This document shows, piece by piece, positions 45,001 through 54,372 of a stretch of 64,000 bases of DNA. The stretch covers positions 14,384,001-14,448,000 of the forward strand of contig CM120642.1 of the NCBI GenBank assembly GCA_051362555.1, written 5' to 3'. Every line of letters starts with the position of its first letter. Within the stretch, counting starts at the first letter, position 1. The notes under the pieces were generated by a model. The model was given only the letters and a program-made list of their open reading frames with translations, did no database searches and was not told the origin of the DNA. Origin of the DNA: Lingula anatina. Its lineage: Eukaryota > Animalia > Brachiopoda. The translations under genes were made by a program, and so were the position numbers.

Positions 45001-48000
45001 GACTTCACCCGTGGATCCAAGCTAAGGTAAGTAAATTTCATTTTTTTGGGGTGGCGGGAATGGTAAATTGAAGAAATCTAATCCTGTTTTTCGTTTCTTT
45101 TTACAGGACAAAGAAGATGATGAGCGCCCCCAACCGGACATGGACTTCACCCTTGGATTCAAGCTAAGGTTAGTAAATTTCATTTTTTAGGGGTGGGGGG
45201 ATTAGTAAATTGAATAAATCTAATCCTGTTTTTCGTTTCTTTTTACAGGACAAAGAAGATGATGAGCGCCCCTACCCAGACATGGACTTCACACTTGGAT
45301 CCAAGCTAAGGTTAGTAAATTTCATTTTTTTGGGGTGGTGGGATGGGTAAATTGAAGAAATCTAATCTTGTTTTTCTTTTCTTTTTACAGGATGAAGCAG
45401 ATGATGAGGGACTCCACCCAGACATGGACTTCACACTTGGATCCAAACTAAGGTTAGTAAATTTCATTTTTTTGGGGTGGTGGGATGGGTAAATTGAAGA
45501 AATCTAATCTTGTTTTTCTTTTTTTTTTACAGGATGAAGAAGATGATGAGCGCCCCTACCCAGACATGGACTTCACACTTGGATCCAAGCTAAGGTTAGT
45601 AAATTTCATTTTTTTGGGGTGGTGGGATGGGTAAATTGAAGAAATCTAATCTTGTTTTTCGTTTCTTTTTATAGGACAAAGAAGATGATGAGGGACCCCA
45701 CCCGGACATGGACTTCACACTTGGATCCAAGCTAAGGTTAGTAAATTTCATTTTTTTGGGGTGGTGGGATGGGTAAATTAAAGAAATCTAATCTTGTTTT
45801 TCTTTTCTTTTTACAGGATGAAGAAGATGATGAGGGACCCCACCCAGACATGGACTTCACTCTTGGATCCAAGTTAAGGTTAGTAAATTTCATTTTTTTT
45901 GGGGTGGTGGGGTTGGTAAATTGAAGAAATCTAATCTTGTTTTTCATTTCTTTTTACAGGACGAAGAAGATGAAGTGAGACCCCAACTGGACATGGACTT
46001 CACCCTTGGATCCAAGCTAAGGTAAGTAAATTTCTTTTTTTGGGGGGTGGCGGGAATGGTAAATTGAAGAAATCTAATCCTGTTTTTCGTTTCTTTTTAC
46101 AGGACAAAGATGATGATGAGCGCCCCCAACCGGACATGGACTTCACCCTTGGATTCAAGCTAAGGTTAGTAAATTTCATTATTTTGGGGTGGGGGGATTA
46201 GTAAATTGAAGAAATCTAATCCTGTTTTTGGTTTCTTTTTACAGGACAAAGAAGATGATGAGTGCCCCCAACCGGACATGGACTTCACCCTTGGATTCAA
46301 GCTAAGGTTAGTAAATTTCATTTTTTTGGGGTGGTGGGATTGGTAAATTGAAGAAATCTAATCTTGTTTTTCTTTTCTTTTTACAGGCTGAAGAAGATGA
46401 TGAGGGACCCCACCCAGACATGGACTTCACTCTTGGATCAAAGTTAAGGTTAGTAAATTTCATTTTTTTGGGGTGGTTGGATGGGTAAATTGAAGAAATC
46501 TAATCTTGTTTTTCTTTTCTTTTTATAGGACGAAGAAGATGATGAGGGACCCCACCCAGACATGGACTTCACACTTGGATCCAAACTAAGGTTAGTAAAT
46601 TTCATTTTTTTGGGGTGGTGGGATGGGTAAATTGAAGAAATCTAATCTTGTTTTTCGTTTCTTTTTATAGGACAAAGAAGATGATGAGGGACCCCACCCG
46701 GACATGGACTTCACACTTGGATCCAAGCTAAGGTTAGTAAATTTCATTTTTTTGGGGTGGTGGGATGGGTAAATTGAAGAAATCTAATCTTGTTTTTCTT
46801 TTCTTTTTACAGGATGAAGAAGATGATGAGGGACCCCACCCAGACATGGACTTCACTCTTGGATCCAAGTTAAGGTTAGTAAATTTCATTTTTTTTGGGG
46901 TGGTGGGGTTGGTAAATTGAAGAAATCTAATCTTGTTTTTCATTTCTTTTTACAGGACGAAGAAGATGAAGTGAGACCCCAACTGGACATGGACTTCACC
47001 CTTGGATCCAAGCTAAGGTAAGTAAATTTCTTTTTTGGGGGGGTGGCGGGAATGGTAAATTGAAGAAATCTAATCCTGTTTTTCGTTTCTTTTTACAGGA
47101 CAAAGATGATGATGAGCGCCCCCAACCGGACATGGACTTCACCCTTGGATTCAAGCTAAGGTTAGTAAATTTCATTATTTTGGGGTGGGGGGATTAGTAA
47201 ATTGAAGAAATCTAATCCTGTTTTTGGTTTCTTTTTACAGGACAAAGAAGATGATGAGTGCCCCCAACCGGACATGGACTTCACCCTTGGATTCAAGCTA
47301 AGGTTAGTAAATTTCATTTTTTTGGGGTGGTGGGATTGGTAAATTGAAGAAATCTAATCTTGTTTTTCTTTTCTTTTTACAGGCTGAAGAAGATGATGAG
47401 GGACCCCACCCAGACATGGACTTCACTCTTGGATCAAAGTTAAGGTTAGTAAATTTCATTTTTTTGGGGTGGTTGGATGGGTAAATTGAAGAAATCTAAT
47501 CTTGTTTTTCTTTTCTTTTTATAGGACGAAGAAGATGATGAGGGACCCCACCCAGACATGGACTTCACACTTGGATCCAAACTAAGGTTAGTAAATTTCA
47601 TTTTTTTGGTTTGGTGGGATGGGTAAATTAAATAAATCTAATCTTCTTTTTCATTTCTTTTTAAAGGACGAAGAAGATGAATTGAGACCCCAACCGGACA
47701 TGGACTTCACACTTGGATCCAAGCTAAGGTAAGTAAATTTCATTTTTTGGGGGTGGCGGGAATGGTAAATTGAAGAAATCTAATCCTGTTTTTCGTTTCT
47801 TTTTACAGGACAAAGAAGATGTTGAGCGCCCCCAATCGGACATGGACTTCACCCTTGGATTCAAGCTAAGGTTAGTAAATTTCATTTTTTGGGGGTGGGG
47901 AGATTAGTAAATTGAAGAAATCTAATCCTGTTTTTCGTTTCTTTTTACAGGACAAAGAAGATGATGAGCGCCCCTACCCAGACATGGACTTCACACTTGG

Positions 48001-51000
48001 ATCCAAGCTAAGGTTAGTAAATTTCATTTTTTTGGGGTGGTGGGATGGGTAAATTGAAGAAATCTAATCTTGTTTTTCGTTTCTTTTTATAGGACGAAGA
48101 AGATGATGAGGGACCCCACCCGGACATGGACTTCACACTTGGATCCAAGCTAAGGTTAGTAAATTTCATTTTTTTGGGGTGGTGGGATGGGTAAATTGAA
48201 GAAATCTAATCTTGTTTTTCTTTTCTTTTTACAGGATGAAGAAGATGATGAGGGACCCCACCCAGACATGGACTTCACTCTTGGATCCAAGTTAAGGTTA
48301 GTAAATTTCATTTTTTTGGGGTGGTGGGGTTGGTAAATTGAATAAATCTAATCTTGTTTTTCATTTCTTTTTACAGGATGAAGAAGATGAAGTGAGACCC
48401 CAACCGGACATGGACTTCACCCTTGGATCCAAGCTAAGGTAAGTAAATTTCATTTTTTTGGGGTGGCGGGAATGGTAAATTGAAGAAATCTAATCCTGTT
48501 TTTCGTTTCTTTTTACAGGACAAAGAAGATGATGAGCGCCCCCAACCGGACATGGACTTCACTCTTGGATTCAAGCTAAGGTTAGTAAATTTCATTATTT
48601 TGGGGTGGGGGGATTAGTAAATTGAAGAAATCTAATCCTGTTTTTGGTTTCTTTTTATAGGACAAAGAAGATGATGAGGGACCCCACCCAGATATGGACT
48701 TCGCTCTTGGATCCAAGCTAAGGTTAGTAAATTTCATTTTTTTGGGGGTGGCGGAATGGTAAATTGAAGAAATCTAATCCTGTTTTTCGTTTCTTTTTAC
48801 AGGACAAAGAAGATGATGAGCGCCCCCAACCGGACATGGACTTCACCCTTGGATTCAAGCTAAGGTTAGTAAATTTCATTTTTTGGGGTGGGGGGATTAG
48901 TAAATTGAAGAAATCTAATCCTGTTTTTGGTTTCTTTTTACAGGACAAAGAAGATGATGAGCGCCCCTACCCAGACATGGACTTCACACTTGGATCCAAG
49001 CTAAGGTTAGTAAATTTCATTTTTTCGGGTTGGTGGGATGGGTAAATTAAAGAAATCTAATCTTGTTTTTGTTTTCTTTTTACAGAATGAAGAAGATGAT
49101 GAGGGACCCCACCCAGATATGGACTTCACTCTTGGATCCAAGCTAAGGTTAGTAAATTTAATTATTTTGGGGTGGGGGGATTAGTATATTGAAGAAATCT
49201 AATCCTGTTTTTGGTTTCTTTTAACAGGACAAAGAAGATGATGAGCGCCCCTACCCAGACATGGACTTCACACTTGGATCCAAGCTAAGGTTAGTAAATT
49301 TCATTTTTTCAGGGTGGTGAGATGGGTAAATTGAAGAAATCTAATCTTGTTTTTGTTTTCTTTTTACAGAATGAAGAAGATGATGAGGGACCCCACCCAG
49401 ATATGGACTTCACTCTTGGATCCAAGCTAAGGTTAGTAAATTTCATTTTTTTGGGGTGGCGGGAATGGTAAATTGAAGAAGTCTAATCTTGTTTTTCGTT
49501 TCTTTTTACAGGACGAAGAAGATAATGATCGAGGGACCCCACCCGGACATGGACTTTACCCTTGGATCCAAGCTAAGGTTAGTAAATTTCATTTTTTTGG
49601 GGTGGCAGGAATGGTAAATTGAAGAAATCTAATCCTGTTTTTCGTATCTTTTTACAGGACAAAGAAGATGATGAGCGCCCCTACCCAGACATGGACTTCA
49701 CACTTGAATCCCAGCTAAGGTTAGTAAATTTCATTTTTTCGGGGTGGTGGGATGGATAAATTGAAGAAATCTAATCTTGTTTTTCTTTTCTTTTTACAGG
49801 ATGAAGAAGATGATGAGGGACCACACCCAGACATGGACTTCACTCTTGGATCCAAGTTAAGATTAGTAAATTTCATTTTTTTGGGGTGGTGGGATGGGTA
49901 AATTGAAGAAATCTTATCTTGTTTTTCATTTCTTTTTATAGGACGAAGAAGATGATGAGGGACCCCACCCGGACATGGACTTTACTCTTGGATCCAAGCT
50001 AAGGTTAGTAAATTTCATTTTTTTGGGGTGGTGGGATTGGCAAATTGCATAAATCTAATCTTGTTTTTCGTTTCTTTTTACAGGACAAAGAAGATGAAGT
50101 GAGACCCCAACCGGACATGGACTTCACTCTTGGATCCAAGCTAAGGTTAGTAAATTTCATTTTTTTGGGGTGGTGGGATTGGTAAATTGCATAAATCTAA
50201 TCTTGTTTTTCGTTTCTTTTTACAGGACAAAGAAGATGAAGTGAGACCCCAACCGGACATGGACTTCACCCGTGGATCCAAGCTAAGGTTAGTAAATTTC
50301 ATTTTTTGGGGGTGGGGGGATTAGTAAATTGACGAAATCTAATCCTGTTTTTCGTTTCTTTTTACAGGACAAAGAAGATGATGAACGCCCCTACCCAGAC
50401 ATGGACTTCACACTTGGATCCAAGCTAAGGTTAGTAAATTTCATTTTTTTGGGGTGGTGGGATGGGTAAATTGAAGAAATCTAATCTTGTTTTTCGTTTC
50501 TTTTTATAGGACGAAGAAGATGATGAGGGACCCCACTCGGACATGGACTTCACACTTAGATCCAAGCTAAGGTTAGTAAATTTCATTTTTTTGGTGTGGC
50601 GGGAATGGTAAATTGAAGAAATCTAATCCTGTTTTTCGTTTTTTTTTACAGGACAAAGAAGATGATGTGCGCCCCTACCCAGACATGGACTTCACACTTG
50701 GATCCCAGCTAAGGTTAGTAAATTTCATTTTTTTGGGGTGGTGGGATGGGTAAATTGAAGAAATCTAAACTTCTTTTTCGTTTCTTTTTACAGGACGAAG
50801 AAGATGATGAGGGACCCCACCCGGACATGGACTTCACTCTTGGATCCAAGTTAAGGTTAGTAAATTTCATTTTTTGGGGGTGGTGGGATTGGTAAATTGA
50901 AGAAATCTAATCCTGTTTTTCGTTTCTTTTTACAGGACGAAGAAGATGATGAGTGCCCCCAACCGGACATGGACTTCACCCTTGGATTCAAGCTAAGGTT

Positions 51001-52551
51001 AGTAAATTTCATTTTTTTGGGGTGGTGGGATGGGTAAATTAAATAAATCTAATCTTGTTTTTCATTTCTTTTTACAGGACAAAGAAGATGAAGTGAGACC
51101 CCGACCGGACATGGACTTCACCCTTGGATCCAAGCTAAGGTTAGTAAATTTCATTTTTTTTGAGTGGTGGGATTGGTAAATTGAAGAAATGTAATCCTGT
51201 TTTTCGTTTCTTTTTACAGTACAAAGAAGATGATGAGCGACCCCATCCGGACATGGACTTCACTCTTGGATCCAAGTTAAGGTTAGTAAATTTCATTTTT
51301 TTGGGGTGGTGGGATTGGTAAATTGAAGAAATCTAATCCTGTTTTTCGTTTCTTTTTACAGGACGAAGAAGATGATGAGTGCCCCCAACCGGACATGGAC
51401 TTCACCCTTGGATCCAAATTAAGGTAAGTAAATTTAACTTTTTTGGGGTGGTGGGATTGGTAAATTGAAGAAATCTAATCTTGTTTTTCGTTTCTTTTTA
51501 TAGGACAAAGAAGATGAAGTGAGACCCCAACCGGACATGGACTTCACTCTTGGATCAAAGCTAAGGTAAGTAAATTCCATTTTTTGGGGGTGGTGGGATT
51601 GGTAAATTGAAGAAATGTAATCCTGTTTTTCGTTTCTTTTTACAGGACAAAGAAGATGATGAGCGCCCCTACCCAGACATGGACTTCACACTTGGATCCA
51701 AGTTAAGGTAAGTAAATTTCATTGTTTTGGGGTGGTGGGATGGGTAAATTGAGGAAATCTTATCTTGTTTTTCGTTTCTTTTTACAGGACAAAGAAGATG
51801 ATGAGCGACCCCACCCGGACATGGACTGCACTCTTGGATCCAAGTTAAGGTAAGTAAATTTAATTTTTTTGGTGGGTGGTGGGATTGGTAAATTGAAGAA
51901 GTCTAATCTTGTTTTTTATTTCTTTTTACAGGACAAAGAAGATGATGAGCGACCCCACCGGGACATGGACTTCACTCTTGGATCCAAGCTACAGTTAGTA
52001 AATTTCACTTTTTTGGGGGTGGTGGGATTGGTAAATTGAAGAAATCTAACCCTTTTTTTGTTTCTTTTTACAGGACAAAGAAGATGATGAGCGCCCCTAC
52101 CAAGATATGGACTTCACACTTGGATCCAAGTTAAGGTAAGTAAATTTTATTTTTTATGGGGTGGTGGGATGGGTAAATTGAAGAAATCTAATTTTGTTTT
52201 TCGTTTCTTTTTACAGGACAAAGAAGATGATGAGCGACCCCACCCGGACATGGACTGCACTCTTGGATCCAAGTTAAGGTAAGTAAATTTCATTGTTTTG
52301 GGGTGGTGGGATGGGTAAATTGAAGAAGTCTAATCTTGTTTTTTTCGTTTCTTTTTACAGGACTAAGAAGATGAACTGCGACCCCACCCGGACATGGACT
52401 TCCCCCTTGGATCCAAGCTAAGGTTAGTAAATTTCATTTTTTTGGGGTGGTGGGATTGGTAAATTGAAGAAATCTAATCCTGTTTTTCGTTTCTTTTTAC
52501 AGGACAAAGAAGATGATTAGCGACCCCACCCAGACATGGACTCTTGGATCC
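1..52551 (+). repeat. Tandem (satellite-like) array of ~142-bp monomers, about 370 copies in the window, open at the left edge; each monomer has exon-intron architecture on the + strand
   Basis: Seen directly: monomer ~ GACAAAGAAGATGATGAGCGCCCCCAACCGGACATGGACTTCACCCTTGGATCCAAGCTAAG|GT(T/A)AGTAAATTTCAT(6-8)GGGGTGGTGGGATGGGTAAATTGAAGAAATCTAATC(C/T)TGTTTTTCGTTTCTTTTTACAG repeated head-to-tail with no insertions noticed. Copy number is 52551/142, not a direct count. Most monomers carry GGATCC (BamHI) within the 12-bp palindrome CTTGGATCCAAG. Confidence 0.98.
831..892 (+). other. Representative 62-nt exon-like unit of the array (DKEDDERPQPDMDFTLGFKL + AG)
   Basis: Preceded by CTAAT...TTTTTCGTTTCTTTTTACAG (AG at 829-830) and followed by GTTAGT at 893. 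The splice signals are seen in sequence; actual splicing is inferred. Confidence 0.6.
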
Positions 52552-52639
52552 GGAAGACCCAGAAGATTTTCAATTTTAATGTAATATTACACAATGCTTA
52601 ACAGCAAAATAACCATTAATTTTTTAATAATAAAATAAA
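52503..52639 (+). other. Putative terminal exon of the array transcript with in-frame TAG and poly(A) signals
   Basis: Last acceptor TTTTTACAG ends at 52502. GAC AAA GAA GAT GAT TAG follows (stop 52518-52520). The monomer is abandoned after CTTGGATCC at 52551 with no donor. Overlapping AATAAA hexamers at 52629-52634 and 52634-52639, in AT-rich sequence where they could arise by chance. Confidence 0.45.
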
Positions 52640-53039
52640 AGTATCATGGACATTCAAAAAATGTGACTAGCTCATATAGTTCAGAGTCACACTTTGAAAA
52701 TCCCCAAATGTAAAGAAAAGAAAATGTATTGAGAAGAGGTTATGTCCATTTTCAACACCTTTTTTACATAAAACAAAATAATCAATTTACTGTCATTTTT
52801 ATATGATCAATTGAAAAAAATGTTGTCAAAGGAAAAAATAACAATGGAACAGATTCTTAACTTAGTGAATGATTGAATCTGACGAACTGCATAATGTGCA
52901 GGTCTACAATTTTTATATAATCAACTAACAATATTGTTAAGAAGCAGAAAATATCAAAACAACACTCTTACATATCCAATTATTTCCATAATGAGACTAT
53001 TAACATGCCTTAGAATTAAATCTAAAGAAAAAAAACACT

Positions 53040-54120
53040 TATTTATATATAAAAAAGGCTAATAACTTTATCAAAACTTAACTGATCAAGCTTATTTTCA
53101 AACTTGATCTGTATATTAGTCAGACTGATCACTCCTGTGAGTTTCAAGACTAAAGGCTGATTGGTTTTCCTGAAAATGCGTTAGCAGTCTTGCATATATG
53201 CTGAATAAAAAAAAAAACGGCTAACTTTTGTAAAAATAGTCCGGTCAAGCTGATTTTCGAACTTGACCTGCGTATTATTAGTATATTCATCAGTTTTGTA
53301 AGTTTCAAGCCAAAAGGTAAAAATGGTTTTCCACTTATCGTGTTATCGGTGCTGCATATATGCAGAAAAAAAAACAAAAAAAACAGAATAACTTCCCTAA
53401 AAATTGCCCGATCATGCTGACTTTCGAACTTGACCTACGTATTATGAGAATATTCATCAGTTTTGTAAGTTTCAAGCCAAAAGGTAAAATCATTTTCCAC
53501 TTATCATGTTATCGGTGCTGCATATATGCTGAAAAAAGTGAAAAAAAAAAAAAAAAAACTGCATAACTTCCCTAAAAATTGCTCGATCATGCTGATTTTC
53601 GAACTTGACCTGCGTATTATGAATATTGATCAATTCAGTGTCTGTACATAAATATGGCCTGATCATCCTGATTTTCAAACTTGGCCTGCATATTACAGTA
53701 TGAATATTTAACAGTCCTGTAAGTTTCAAGGAAAAAAAGGGTTTTTCACTTATCGTGTTATCAGGGTACGTTGCATATATGATCAAAAAGTGAAAAAACA
53801 GCATAACTTTTATAACAATGGCCCGATGATGCTGATTTTTAAATTTGACCTGCGTATTATGAATATTCATCAGTTCTGTAAGTTTCAAGCCAAAAGGTAA
53901 AACGGTTTAATTTTTACTTATCGTGTTATCGCGGTGTTATAAAAATGCTGAAAAAAGTGAAAAAACAGCATAACTTCCATGAAATGGCCCGATCACGCTG
54001 ATTTTCGAACTTGACCTGCGTATTATGAATATTCATCAGTTCTGTAAGTTTGAAGCCAAATGGTAAAATGGTTTTCCACTTATTTGTGTTATCGGTAAAA
54101 GTGCACGCCGACGGCGACAT
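53040..54120. repeat. Degenerate tandem cluster of ~165-bp units (about 6-7 copies), probably the internal repeats of a non-autonomous DNA element
   Basis: Core GATTTTCGAACTTGACCTGCGTATTAT...AATATTCATCAGTT.TGTAAGTTTCAAGCCAAAAGGTAAAA..GGTTTTCCACTTATCGTGTTATC recurs at ~53093, 53252, 53419, 53594, 53670, 53834 and 54000 (spacings 159, 167, 175, 76, 164, 166). The TE origin is inference. Confidence 0.85.
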
Positions 54121-54315
54121 CTGTGTCTGTACATAAAAAATGTTGCTTAATTTAAATGTTAGCCAAACTGAAACTTTTGTGATGTTTTATGTAAAAATGT
54201 GCTGAAATTCAATTTACATCATGTAAACCCCGTCCTTATAATGCTTTATAATTAATACATGACCCAGCCTCAGCGTAGCCAGTGGAACAGATAGAAAAGT
54301 GACACCAGATTACAG

Positions 54316-54355
54316 GTCATGTGATTTTTACGTTGATCGAAAGTTCTCATGTGAT
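54316..54355 (+). promoter_or_regulatory. Two TCATGTGA E-boxes (MITF/TFEB M-box/CLEAR-like) in the CLN5 proximal promoter
   Basis: TCATGTGA at 54317-54324 and 54347-54354, 30 bp apart and within 60 bp of the ATG of a lysosomal gene. MiT/TFE factors are known to bind TCAYGTGA. Confidence 0.6.
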
Positions 54356-54372
54356 CTCGTCCAATTTCAAAA

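Noticed and set aside
746-49045. The many 69-100 aa ORFs on both strands of the array (MKFTNLSL..., MKKSNPVF..., MDPSVKSM...)
   Set aside because: They appear only where a T-run makes a monomer 141 bp so two units read through. Many use non-ATG starts, they cross the intron-like segment, and they resemble no protein I recognise.
1-52551. CRISPR array
   Set aside because: There are no unique spacers, the whole 142 bp is repeated, there are no cas genes, and the context is intron-containing animal genes.
1-52551. One giant acidic repeat protein made by serial splicing of all units
   Set aside because: With the canonical donor the exon is 62 nt, so the second exon is read in frame 1 and stops at AGC TAA. 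With the +4 donor, GTAAGT-type units give an in-frame TAA every few exons.
1-52551. Hammerhead-ribozyme satellite
   Set aside because: GATGA and GAAA occur, but the core CTGANGA is not in the consensus on either strand, and I could not see the three flanking helices.
1-52551. Assembly artefact or collapsed repeat
   Set aside because: Blocks carry private variants, HOR periods change along the array, and there is a graded divergent edge, as expected of a real array. Read-level confirmation is still desirable.
53150-54120. Short ORFs over the 165-bp repeat cluster
   Set aside because: Low-complexity translations of a degenerate repeat, with frames not preserved between units.
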